A stretch of 64,000 nt of DNA from Candidatus Moraniibacteriota bacterium. Its GTDB lineage: Bacteria > Patescibacteriota > Minisyncoccia > Moranbacterales > UBA1568. The notes beneath the pieces are model-generated. The model had not been told where the DNA came from. It did not search any database and worked only from the letters and a program-made list of their open reading frames with translations. Positions 42,882-51,647 of the stretch are shown one piece after another. The translations under genes and the position numbers were made by a program. The stretch's first letter is position 1. Every line of letters starts with the position of its first letter. The stretch spans positions 776,788-840,787 of the forward strand of contig CP064989.1 in the NCBI GenBank assembly GCA_016699875.1, given 5' to 3'.

Positions 42882-44342
42882 ATGGCTGTTTCGCAAGTGT
42901 TTCGAATCGGGATGCTCTGCATTATTGGAGGGGTCGGAAACGGCCTCTTTTTTTCATGGTCTCTTGGAACGGCTCTGCTGGCTAGTTCGATTGCATTGGC
43001 ATGTGCTTTTGTTTGGCAGTTTCAATATCGCTCTCTGGTAGGAGTGTACGGGATGCTGTTTCTTTTGATTTTCCTTGGGTCATGGCTTCGCGCAAGTCAG
43101 AGTCTGCTGCAATGGGAGTTGCTTCCTGATATCTTGGTGCGCCTTGATCAAGCGATTGTTGTGGATCGTGTGAAACAGACGGAGAATGCCAAGCAGGTGG
43201 TTTTACGGCCGCTCTCGTGTGAAAATAACGCTTGCCCATCTGTTTTGGTTCTGGGATTCTTTCCATCCTTTGCGGATATTACTGAAGGCGACGTGCTGGC
43301 TCTTTCATGCGTTTTAGAGAGACCGGCAACATTCTCAGAGGGTTTCGATTATCCGAAGGTGCTGGCAAAGGATGGTATTGGGTATGTATGCCGATTTCCA
43401 AAGAAATGGGCAAAGGAAGGTAAATCCGAGAGTCTGTTTGCTTCCGGGGTTCGCAGGACTCGTGAGGTTGTGGAGAGAGTGTTGCGGAACGAAATACCGG
43501 AGCCGGAATCCGGACTTGTTCTCGGTTTGCTTGTTGGCGGGGACGGGCGACTGCCGGAGGCTGTTCAGAATGAATTTTCTCGCACGGGACTTTCGCACAT
43601 CGTGGCTGTCTCCGGATACAATGTCTCAATTATTGCCGTCATCGTCATGAGTGCGCTTATATTTCTTGGGCTGTACCGACAGCAGGCACTGTGGGGCGTG
43701 CTTTTGGGTATAATTTTCTTTGTGTCGATTGTCGGAGCGCCGGCATCGGCGGTTCGAGCGGCAATCATGGTTTCGGTTGCACTCTTTGCAACACATATTG
43801 GAAGAGTTGGAAGCCCGATAAATGGCATTTTGTGTGCGGCTGCTGTCATGGTGCTCATAAACCCGCTTCTTCTTCGATACGACATTGGTTTCCAACTCTC
43901 ATTTGCGGCGACAATCGGTATTTTTTTGCTCGCGCCTTTTGCGCTTCTTTCGCTTCATGTGGGTGATATTCTTGCGACAACTCTCGCAGCCGAACTCTTT
44001 GTGCTCCCGATCATTTTGTTTCACTTTCATTCGTTTCCGATACTTTCGCTTCTCGTGAATCTGTGTGTCTTGCCGCTCGTGCCACTTGCTATGATGCTTG
44101 GTGCGATAGCGCTTTGCTGTAGCGTGATATTTCCTTGGTTTGGAGAAATATTTGGAATACCCGCTTTCCTTGTTTCGCGGACGATTCTTGAAATCGTTCA
44201 CTTCTTTTCGGTACAGCGATTCGCTTTGGTTTCGGTGTCAAGCTTCGGTATAGGGGCTATGTTGTTGTGGTATGGTGTTGTCGTTCTGTTGCTCATGTTT
44301 CTCCGAAGGAGATTTCCGCAAGTGATGTCTTTTCAAAAATAG
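42882..44342 (+). CDS. comEC: ComEC/Rec2 DNA-uptake channel, N-terminal OB-fold (DUF4131) + polytopic competence domain; lacks the metallo-beta-lactamase domain
   Basis: 486 aa; many TM helices, conserved LSHIVAVSGYNVSII motif; stops at TAG 44340-44342. Confidence 0.85.
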   Translation: MAVSQVFRIGMLCIIGGVGNGLFFSWSLGTALLASSIALACAFVWQFQYRSLVGVYGMLFLLIFLGSWLRASQSLLQWELLPDILVRLDQAIVVDRVKQTENAKQVVLRPLSCENNACPSVLVLGFFPSFADITEGDVLALSCVLERPATFSEGFDYPKVLAKDGIGYVCRFPKKWAKEGKSESLFASGVRRTREVVERVLRNEIPEPESGLVLGLLVGGDGRLPEAVQNEFSRTGLSHIVAVSGYNVSIIAVIVMSALIFLGLYRQQALWGVLLGIIFFVSIVGAPASAVRAAIMVSVALFATHIGRVGSPINGILCAAAVMVLINPLLLRYDIGFQLSFAATIGIFLLAPFALLSLHVGDILATTLAAELFVLPIILFHFHSFPILSLLVNLCVLPLVPLAMMLGAIALCCSVIFPWFGEIFGIPAFLVSRTILEIVHFFSVQRFALVSVSSFGIGAMLLWYGVVVLLLMFLRRRFPQVMSFQK

Positions 44343-44344
44343 AT

Positions 44345-45202
44345 ATGAAAGCATCTCTGAAAATATGGACTTTTGTTGTTTTGCTCCTCTGCTTTGTAGT
44401 GGCATACCTGGGCATGTTGATAGTTGGGAAGAGTGAATTTCGGGCGCACGTTGCTTTCCTCAATGTAGGGCAAGGAGATGCAATCTTGATCTCATTTGGA
44501 TCGAATCAGCTCCTTATTGATACGGGAAAGAATGGACGCGCACTTCTCTCGGAGCTGGGTCGCCAATTGCCGCCATGGGATCGAACGATTGAAGTAGTCC
44601 TACTTACACATCCCGACCAGGATCATGTAGGTGCTTTTCCTGATCTCGTTTCGCGATATAGGGTGGACATGCTTCTCTCTGCAGAGCTCCCGGAAACATC
44701 GGCCATCGGGCGGGCGATTCGGCAGACCATTGATTCCCATAGCATTCAACGTATCGAACCGCGTGCGGGACTCTCCATTGATTTTGCCCCGGATATGCAT
44801 CTCGAGACGCTTTTTCCGGGAGTGAACTTCGTGCCGAATCCGAAGAACACGAACGCATCGAGCATCGTCGAATTGCTGTATATCGGTCGCGACACCTTTC
44901 TTTTTACGGGCGATTTGCCGAAAGAGGAAAGTGTGCTTCCGGCACGCGATATCCGCGTGCTCAAAGTGGCGCATCACGGTTCGAAATATTCGACGAGCGA
45001 CGAGTTTCTCGATCGGATGACGCCGGAAGAGGCGATTATTTCCGTTGGGAAAAATTCCTATGGACATCCGTCCGAAGAGGTGCTCGCACGTCTTGCCAGT
45101 CGCGGTGTACATGTATGGCGAACTGATACTTCCGGAACGATCATCTATGAATGTTCTGTCTTGCCGGACACGTCTTGCAGTGCTCCTGAGCCATCATTTT
45201 GA
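44345..45202 (+). CDS. ComEC C-terminal metallo-beta-lactamase-fold domain encoded as a separate ORF
   Basis: 286 aa from ATG 44345 (MKASLKIWTF, N-terminal TM); MBL motifs LNVGQGDAILI, LLTHPDQDHVG, KVAHHGSKYS; ATG 2 nt after preceding stop. Confidence 0.8.
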   Translation: MKASLKIWTFVVLLLCFVVAYLGMLIVGKSEFRAHVAFLNVGQGDAILISFGSNQLLIDTGKNGRALLSELGRQLPPWDRTIEVVLLTHPDQDHVGAFPDLVSRYRVDMLLSAELPETSAIGRAIRQTIDSHSIQRIEPRAGLSIDFAPDMHLETLFPGVNFVPNPKNTNASSIVELLYIGRDTFLFTGDLPKEESVLPARDIRVLKVAHHGSKYSTSDEFLDRMTPEEAIISVGKNSYGHPSEEVLARLASRGVHVWRTDTSGTIIYECSVLPDTSCSAPEPSF

Positions 45203-45246
45203 CGAAATGCCAGTCGCTCGTTATGCTGGAGAAAAAGACAAATGCT

Positions 45247-45447
45247 ATGAAATTCAAAATAAAACAAAATCCTCACGGCGAGTTCTTTTGGGAACTGGTC
45301 GCAGGGAACGGGGAGTTGGTTTGTGCAAGCGAGACGTATCAAGCCAAAGAGTCCGCCATAAAATCCATCAACCTTGTGAAGCTGGAGTCCGGTCGATCGG
45401 GAATCGTCGATACGACCGTCATCTTCCGTCGAGCTTCAGGAAACTGA
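45247..45447 (+). CDS. DUF1508 (YegP-like) small protein
   Basis: MKFKIKQNPHGEFFWELVAGNGELVCASETYQAKESAIKSINLVK matches YegP repeat pattern. Confidence 0.7.
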   Translation: MKFKIKQNPHGEFFWELVAGNGELVCASETYQAKESAIKSINLVKLESGRSGIVDTTVIFRRASGN

Positions 45448-45484
45448 GCGGGGAATTTTTCTGAAACAGTTTTACAAATTTCGT

Positions 45485-46192
45485 ATGCCGACGCTGGTTT
45501 TTGATATAGAGACAATTGGAGAAGATTTCGATGCGCTCGACGAGACAACGCAAAAGGTTCTCACTCGATGGATTCGCGAAGATTCGTTCAGTGATCAGGA
45601 ATATCAAGCGGCGCTTGAAGATGTGAAGAATAGTCTCGGGTTCTCGCCGCTTACGGGCGAGATTGTCGCGATCGGTATGCTTGATGTCGAGCGGGCGAAG
45701 TCGGCGGTCTATTTTCAGGCGCCCGGTGAATCGACGGAGTCGTTTGAGGAGAATGGCGTCTTGTATAAGCCGATGGAAGAGGGGGAGATGATCGGAGAAT
45801 TCTGGCGTGTTGCCGAGAAATACGATGCGTTTGTCACCTTTAACGGGAGAGGTTTCGATGTCCCGTTTCTTATGATGCGTTCGGCGGTGCATCAGATCCG
45901 TCCGACGCGCGATCTGCTCTCGAATCGCTATCTCCCGCTTCAGCGCGGTGTAAAGCATATCGACCTTATGGATCAGATGACTTTTTACGGCGCGACGCGC
46001 CGGCGCCCGAGTCTGCATCTTGCCTGTCGCGCATTCGGTATCCCGACGCCGAAGGGTGATGGGATTGACGGCGACAGTGTTACACGCTTTTTCCGCGAGA
46101 GACGATTCAAAGATATTGCCCGATACAATGTGCGTGACATTGAAGCGACCGGAGCGCTCTATGGTTATTGGGACCAATACTTGCGATTTTGA
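45485..46192 (+). CDS. DEDDy-type 3'-5' exonuclease (RNase H-like fold)
   Basis: 235 aa; Exo I VFDIET, Exo II FNGRGFDVPFL, Exo III YNVRDIEAT. Confidence 0.7.
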   Translation: MPTLVFDIETIGEDFDALDETTQKVLTRWIREDSFSDQEYQAALEDVKNSLGFSPLTGEIVAIGMLDVERAKSAVYFQAPGESTESFEENGVLYKPMEEGEMIGEFWRVAEKYDAFVTFNGRGFDVPFLMMRSAVHQIRPTRDLLSNRYLPLQRGVKHIDLMDQMTFYGATRRRPSLHLACRAFGIPTPKGDGIDGDSVTRFFRERRFKDIARYNVRDIEATGALYGYWDQYLRF

Positions 46193-46252
46193 TCCGCCTG
46201 CTTGATTTCCCTCAATTTTTCGGGTATTCTTCCTCAATAAGTCATTGTTGTA

Positions 46253-46867
46253 TTGTGTATGGAAAACGTACAGAGAGAGCGGACACTGGTGATTATGAAA
46301 CCGGATGCGGTGCAGCGATCGCTCATGGGAGAAATCCTTGGACGATATGAGCGGAGCGGTCTCAAGTTGGTTGCTATGAAAATGCTTATCCCGACGCCCG
46401 AGATGGCGACGGAACACTACATGGTGGGCGGCGAAGAATGGCTTGAAAATGTCGGGAAGAAGGCGGCGGCTGCCTATGAGAAAAAAGGCGAGAAGTCTCC
46501 ATTCAAGACGTTCCGCGAGAATGGCATGGCGATTCTCAATTCGAATGCTACCTATCTTTCTGCTGGACCGGTTGTCGCGATGGTGTGGGAGGGAAACAGC
46601 GCGGTTGGCATCGTCCGGAAACTTACGGGAGCGACTGAGCCCTTGGGGAGTGATGTCGGGACGATTCGCGGAGACTTTACGGTAGATTCATACCAATTGG
46701 CTGATACAGGCAATCGTTCTATTCGCAATCTTATCCATGCGTCTGGCGATCCGTCGGAGGCTGAGAAGGAAATTCCCATCTGGTTTTCCGAGAAAGAAAT
46801 TCTCTCCTATAGGCACGTACAGGAAGCGATTCTCTATGACGTGAATCTGGACGGAATTTTGGAGTAG
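46253..46867 (+). CDS. ndk: Nucleoside diphosphate kinase (long form with insertion)
   Basis: ERTLVIMKPDAVQRSLMGEIL...NLIHASGD active-site His region. Confidence 0.8.
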   Translation: MCMENVQRERTLVIMKPDAVQRSLMGEILGRYERSGLKLVAMKMLIPTPEMATEHYMVGGEEWLENVGKKAAAAYEKKGEKSPFKTFRENGMAILNSNATYLSAGPVVAMVWEGNSAVGIVRKLTGATEPLGSDVGTIRGDFTVDSYQLADTGNRSIRNLIHASGDPSEAEKEIPIWFSEKEILSYRHVQEAILYDVNLDGILE

Positions 46868-46908
46868 GGAATATTCCGGTGTTTTACCGATTTGACGTTT
46901 GCTTTCAG

Positions 46909-46941
46909 ACCGACCTCTTTTTTGCAAGAGGTCGGTTTTTC
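46909..46941 (+). terminator. Rho-independent terminator after ndk
   Basis: 11-bp stem accgacctctt / aagaggtcggt + ttttt. Confidence 0.8.
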
Positions 46942-47582
46942 ATCCGGTATTGACAGAATCACAGAAAGGGCGCAAAGTGCCGGTAGATGGAGTAGTTCTT
47001 TTTCATAGGGAATTGGAGTGAGTTTCCGGTCCAATTTTTTTCTCGAGGGGAAAATCATGGCACAAAGACCAGATGTGGCTTTTTCGGATTTTATTGTGTT
47101 TAGTGCGCAGGCTTCGACTGCATTGGCTGCAGCTGCGTGGCGGGAGTGGATAAAGCATCTCGATGTACTTGCGTCGTGCACAGGTGTGAAAACATGCCGG
47201 TGGGCTCGTGCCAATGGGTTGAACCGCATCGGACAATCAAGAGTCTGAGTCTGATGAGGTCTGATTCATCCCGACATCGGGAATTACAATTTCACAAAGG
47301 CGAGTCTCATTTACAATAGGGATTCGCCTTTCTTCTTGACAGGAATTCTTCGTGTGGCATACTGTTGGCATGGCAACGTCGACGAACAATATTATGCGTG
47401 CGACAGGGTGGGGTCTTCGTGATCTCGTCCTCTTTGCGGGCGTCATTGCGCGCAAGCGGCATACATATTCGTCGGGGTTGTCCTAAAGGAGGAAAAAGGA
47501 AAGGAAGAAAGAAAAGGCACCCGACGAAAACGTTGGGATTTTTGTTGACTTAACAATACAAAAAGTTTGGAGGACGTTCTCT

Positions 47583-47774
47583 ATGACAACCGATGTCTCT
47601 ACAGATCAAGGAACATGTAAAGGGACAGCAGTGTCGCGCCGTACAGTAGGAGAAGGGTGGAAATGCTGCCACAGTTTCGTGAGGCCACCTGCATCATTCG
47701 ATTTCCCAGTGAAACAGGATGTCCTGGGAAATGAGTCTTCCGGCAGTCCATCTACCTCTCCATTGAAACCGTAA
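47583..47774 (+). CDS. Hypothetical small Cys-containing protein
   Basis: 63 aa; RBS ggagga 8 nt upstream; 4 Cys (CKG...CCH); in small 2-gene unit with next ORF; weak. Confidence 0.3.
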   Translation: MTTDVSTDQGTCKGTAVSRRTVGEGWKCCHSFVRPPASFDFPVKQDVLGNESSGSPSTSPLKP

Positions 47775-47785
47775 GAGGCAATAAA

Positions 47786-47998
47786 ATGCTATCACTATCT
47801 GACGAAGGTATTCCAGGTGCCGACAGCCTGCTTCGGTTTGAGCTAAGGGCTTTGTCAGTTTCCAGCGACCTTATTGACGTTGATGCTCGATTGAGTGACC
47901 CAAATACCCCCGAAGAAGAGAGGGGTGGGCTTCGTCGGAGGAAACAAGCTCTTCAACTCAAGATAGCTCAGCTGCAAGAGCAGGAAATCTATACATAA
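47786..47998 (+). CDS. Small coiled-coil protein, DUF465 (YdcH-like) pattern
   Basis: 70 aa; RBS aagagg; C-terminal RRRKQALQLKIAQLQEQE resembles DUF465 KKQKLxLKDE signature; followed by terminator at ~48053-48090. Confidence 0.45.
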   Translation: MLSLSDEGIPGADSLLRFELRALSVSSDLIDVDARLSDPNTPEEERGGLRRRKQALQLKIAQLQEQEIYT

Positions 47999-48127
47999 TG
48001 TAGGGATTTCACGGACAGTAACCCCCTCTAAAATAATGGGGATGTAACTTAAAAAAGGCGGTGCAAACATCATCGCCTTTTTGATTTTTCTTGGGGGGCG
48101 TGATAGGTTATGTGGGAGGTAAGAAGA

Positions 48128-48198
48128 ATATGTCATTCGGGCTGTAGTATACCGGTAGTACGCGTCCATGGGGTGGATGTAGACCGGGTTCAATTCCC
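48128..48198 (+). tRNA. tRNA-Pro (anticodon GGG)
   Basis: Hand-folded cloverleaf: acceptor CGGGCTG/CAGCCCG, D-stem GTAT/GTAC, anticodon stem CGTCC/GGATG with loop ATGGGGT (U33, GGG, G37), V-loop TAGA, T-arm CCGGG-TTCAATT-CCCGG, discriminator A; CCA not encoded. Confidence 0.6.
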
Positions 48199-48276
48199 GG
48201 CAGCCCGACAAGAGAGAGTGAGAGCTTTGGTTTGGTCTGTGGATCGCTCTGTATAAAATATACTTGCTGACTTAAC

Positions 48277-48305
48277 AGAAAAATCCCCCGCAAGGGGGAT
48301 TTTTG
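48277..48305. terminator. Bidirectional terminator between tRNA-Pro and mscL
   Basis: aaatccccc-gcaa-gggggattt + ttt. Confidence 0.75.
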
Positions 48306-48333
48306 GATGAAAGCTTTTATGGTATAGAAAGCG

Positions 48334-48762
48334 TTATTTCTTCTGTTTTGCCAGAAGGTCTCGTATTTCCGTGAGGAGCAGTTCCTCTTTCGAAGACTTC
48401 GGTGATGAATCTGCCTTCTTTTCTGCCGGGCGGAGGCGGTTGATTTGTTTGATGAACACGAAGACGGCGAACGCAGTGAGGACGAATCCGATGATATTCG
48501 TCAGGAAGAGTCCGTAGTTGAGCGTCGGGGCACCGGCTTTCTGGGCGGCTTCGAGCGTGGAGTAGTGTGTGCTCGAGAGGTTCCAGTAGAGTTCGGAGAA
48601 ATTGACCTTGTTCAAGATGAGTCCCAAGGGCGGCATGAGGATATCCGACACAAGGGAGCTGACGATTTTACCAAAAGCGGTTCCGATAATAACGCCGACG
48701 GCGAGGTCGATAACGTTTCCTCTGATGGCAAATGATTTGAATTCCGAAATGAACGATGTCAT
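48334..48762 (-). CDS. mscL: Large-conductance mechanosensitive channel
   Basis: 142 aa; [43 protein letters not shown]. Confidence 0.92.
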   Translation of the reverse strand: MTSFISEFKSFAIRGNVIDLAVGVIIGTAFGKIVSSLVSDILMPPLGLILNKVNFSELYWNLSSTHYSTLEAAQKAGAPTLNYGLFLTNIIGFVLTAFAVFVFIKQINRLRPAEKKADSSPKSSKEELLLTEIRDLLAKQKK

Positions 48763-48790
48763 AGTGACACAGTATGCCGCAGCAAAGCGG

Positions 48791-48967
48791 TTATTTCTTG
48801 ACTTTGGTCAGCGTTCGGAGCGCGCGAGTGCTCAGCTTCATACGGACGCCCCCGATCTTTTTGGACTGGAGGTTGATCTTGAAGGTGCGTCGCGTAGCGA
48901 TATTCGAGTGGCTTCGGGAGTTTCCGGAAGTGGTGCCGCGGCCGGAGAGGTCACATACTCTGCTCAT
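48791..48967 (-). CDS. rpmB: 50S ribosomal protein L28 (58 aa; below the 60-aa cutoff of the ORF track)
   Basis: Hand translation of minus strand: [58 protein letters not shown] - canonical L28 (MSRVCxxxGK...SHS...T...VNLQ). Confidence 0.75.
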   Translation of the reverse strand: MSRVCDLSGRGTTSGNSRSHSNIATRRTFKINLQSKKIGGVRMKLSTRALRTLTKVKK

Positions 48968-49088
48968 AATTGATTCGTTAGGAAAAGTATGATAGAAAAG
49001 GTATCATAGCGTTGGCATTCCGTCAACTGGAGTTGTGTTGCGTTCTGGCGTTTCATTTTCGCTCCCATTTTTGCTCTAAGGGTTACCT

Positions 49089-49817
49089 ATGTCGCCACAG
49101 GAATTTGTTCTCGTTGGATTCTACCTTGTCATTTTGCTCTATACCGTCATCATGCATGAGGTGGCGCATGGCGTTATTGCGCTCTGGCTTGGCGATAAGA
49201 CAGCGCAGTATTCGGGTCGGCTCACGCTCAATCCGGTATCGCATGTCGACTTTATGGGGTCGGTCGTGGTGCCGCTCATGATGTTTTTTACGACAGGTCT
49301 TGCATTCGGGTGGGCGAAGCCGGTGCCATACAATCCATACAATCTCAAGAATCAGAAGTGGGGGCCGGTGGTGGTTGCTTTTGCCGGGCCGGGGTCGAAC
49401 TTTCTCTTGGCATTCATTGCCGCGATCATCGCGCATATTCTTCCGGTGAGCCTTGCGGAGCGTCAGGATATTTTCGCTCGATTCTTTGGTATTATCGGGC
49501 GCGTCGGAGAATGGTCGGATCGATGGGGCGGATTTGCTGATGCGGTTGCCGGGTCACTGCCGGGAATTTTCCTCGGATTTCTTCTCATGATCATCTTCTG
49601 GAATGTGCTTCTTGGCGTGTTTAACATGGTGCCGATCCCGCCACTTGACGGCTCGAAGCTCTTGTATCCGCTGCTCTCGCTTCGCCCGGAAACGGTGATA
49701 TTTCTCGAACAATACGGATTCATCTTTCTCTTGCTTGTCATCTTCTCGCCCCTTGGCATCCTTATCCAATGGCCCCTCGGCATTTTCCTTGATTTCTTCC
49801 TGCGCATTGCAGCCTAA
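49089..49817 (+). CDS. M50-family (site-2 protease / SpoIVFB-like) membrane zinc metalloprotease
   Basis: 242 aa; HEVAHG (HExxH) in TM helix, NMVPIPPLDGSKL (LDG motif), polytopic. Confidence 0.8.
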   Translation: MSPQEFVLVGFYLVILLYTVIMHEVAHGVIALWLGDKTAQYSGRLTLNPVSHVDFMGSVVVPLMMFFTTGLAFGWAKPVPYNPYNLKNQKWGPVVVAFAGPGSNFLLAFIAAIIAHILPVSLAERQDIFARFFGIIGRVGEWSDRWGGFADAVAGSLPGIFLGFLLMIIFWNVLLGVFNMVPIPPLDGSKLLYPLLSLRPETVIFLEQYGFIFLLLVIFSPLGILIQWPLGIFLDFFLRIAA

Positions 49818-49868
49818 TCGCGTGCGCGCCTGACAGGTCTTATTTTCACCGGTAGAGCCCTCCAGTGT

Positions 49869-50492
49869 ATGAAACTTCAACGAACCCCAATCATTATCAT
49901 CTCAATTCTCACCTTGCTTCTTGTCGGAGCGGGGGTGTTTTGGTATGGGAAGGCTCAATGGACAAAGTCGCAAGAAACTCAGAATAAATCTGCTGATGTG
50001 ACAATTCCTGCAAACCAGCCATCTGCCAGCGACCCCCAAGCTGAACAAGAACAAGCTTGGTATCAAATTCCCGAGTTGGGAATCGAGATTCAATTGCCGA
50101 AAGATATTGCCGATGATTTGGTGTATATGTATGAAGAACGGCCTATTACGAAGTATAATGGTGAGAGGCATGTTCCAGTGAAGGGAGTTACAAAAAAACT
50201 TGCTTTGTTTTCAACGAGAACACTCGTCAAATTCGATAGCAGGAATTGTTCTTTGGAAATTGCTCCGGCTGGTATTATAAGTCGAGAAGAAGGAGAGCAG
50301 ATTAAGGAGAATCCACAGGTGAATTCTTGGGTAGGTCCGGCATTGGCATTCGATTCGTTTTACGTGTATTATGAGGGTTCTCAAGCGGCCTGCACGAATG
50401 ACCAGGAGATGCTGGATTACAATAGTAGGGTGATGGTTTCCCTAGGTACTCCGTTCCGAGAAGAACTAGGGAGAATTCGAGAGATACGGTAG
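49869..50492 (+). CDS. Hypothetical N-terminally anchored extracytoplasmic protein (paralog family A)
   Basis: 207 aa; N-terminal 30 aa (MKLQRTPIIIISILTLLLVGAGVFWYG) ~95% nt-identical to start of 50860..51516; rest unrelated. Confidence 0.55.
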   Translation: MKLQRTPIIIISILTLLLVGAGVFWYGKAQWTKSQETQNKSADVTIPANQPSASDPQAEQEQAWYQIPELGIEIQLPKDIADDLVYMYEERPITKYNGERHVPVKGVTKKLALFSTRTLVKFDSRNCSLEIAPAGIISREEGEQIKENPQVNSWVGPALAFDSFYVYYEGSQAACTNDQEMLDYNSRVMVSLGTPFREELGRIREIR

Positions 50493-50581
50493 AAGGGGCG
50501 GAAAAATGTATTTTCAAAGAGATTTCTAAAACATTGGAAGTCTCCAGAGAATGCCTCGTCAAAACGAAACAGGAGAAGGTC

Positions 50582-50824
50582 ATGAATCGTTCGTTAACAA
50601 TTCTCCCGGTTGTTCTGGGAATGTTTGGAGTTATGTGTCCGATAGTCGTCTCGGCTGGGTTGGACTTAGGATATGAAAATTCCAAGAAAGTCGGTGGTTT
50701 ATGTCCGAGCGTATGGACAGTGGAAAGAAAGATGGATGGCTCATGGGGATTTGCCGCTTGCAACTGTACCTCATACGTTGCCTATCGACTCAATCTCAAT
50801 GGGCTGGCTCGCTTTGGTTCTTGA
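50582..50824 (+). pseudogene. Truncated remnant of a secreted CHAP-type amidase (only signal peptide and start of catalytic Cys region remain)
   Basis: Signal peptide MNRSLTILPVVLGMFGVMCPIVVSAG; ends ...GFAACNCTSYVAYRLNLNGLARFGS* - CTSYV resembles the CHAP catalytic Cys motif (QCTWYV) but the His-containing remainder is absent; stop overlaps downstream promoter. Confidence 0.4.
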
Positions 50825-50849
50825 CACATTCGAATCCCTTCGGTAGTAT
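50821..50849 (+). promoter_or_regulatory. Strong sigma70-type promoter TTGACA-17-TAGTAT, 10 nt upstream of ATG 50860 (leaderless-type)
   Basis: ttgaca 50821-50826, 17-nt spacer, tagtat 50844-50849; identical hexamer pair to the rpsL promoter. Confidence 0.6.
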
Positions 50850-50859
50850 CTGAAAACAT

Positions 50860-51516
50860 ATGAAACTTCAACGAACCCCGATCATTATCATCTCAATTCT
50901 CACATTGCTTCTTGTCGGAGCTGGGGTGTTTTGGTGTGGGCTGAGTAATATTGGCAAGCAAAGCGTTTTGGATGACGAATGGAAGACGGTCCGCGGTGAT
51001 GATCTTCAGTGGCAAAAGAATCAGAAGGGCTGGATGAACATTTCTTTTCTAATCCCGGAGTTAGCGCAAGTTGACGAGGTGTTCATGGCTGATAGTGACA
51101 ATGTCCACAGTCTCAGTGTTGATCTTTCGCATATTTCCCCCTTCTCTCTCGTGAGTGTTTCTCCTATTGCTCATGTTTTTTCGGATAGCGGGAGAGTTTC
51201 TATTATTGAGGAAACTTTGCGAGATGTTGAACTTGGGGGGTTCTCAAAAGAATTTACTTACACACATGAATATAAAGCGTTTGCTCATGTACGAGGTATC
51301 CAATTTGACCCAATTGCTATAGATGGTGTGTCAGATGTTTCTAGGGATATGTATATTCCGGCATATATTCTTGTGAAGACAAAAGCTGACGTAGGTAAGG
51401 GTGAATATTCGATATATCGATTTTCTCTCCAGTATAATAGTAGTATCAGAACTACTCAGATGGAAGAATTGGATCGAGCGTTTATTAAGATGTTGGACTC
51501 TGTTGAGGTTCTGTAG
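50860..51516 (+). CDS. Hypothetical N-terminally anchored extracytoplasmic protein (paralog family B)
   Basis: 218 aa; shares duplicated N-terminal anchor with 49869 gene; C-terminal domain unrelated. Confidence 0.55.
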   Translation: MKLQRTPIIIISILTLLLVGAGVFWCGLSNIGKQSVLDDEWKTVRGDDLQWQKNQKGWMNISFLIPELAQVDEVFMADSDNVHSLSVDLSHISPFSLVSVSPIAHVFSDSGRVSIIEETLRDVELGGFSKEFTYTHEYKAFAHVRGIQFDPIAIDGVSDVSRDMYIPAYILVKTKADVGKGEYSIYRFSLQYNSSIRTTQMEELDRAFIKMLDSVEVL

Positions 51517-51647
51517 AAAAGTGCTAAGCAGGAGTGGCATTGCAAGAGACATGAGAATCAGTTTCTTGTGGTGTCTGACTGGTATTGGCAAGAAGTATTT
51601 CTTGGTGTACTGAGAGTGTTGTTTAAAAACCTAGAGGAGGTTCCTTT

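Noticed and set aside
47365-47553. ORF 47365..47553+ (Arg/Lys-rich 62 aa)
   Set aside because: It is produced by translating the homopurine tract; there is no RBS and the composition is implausible.
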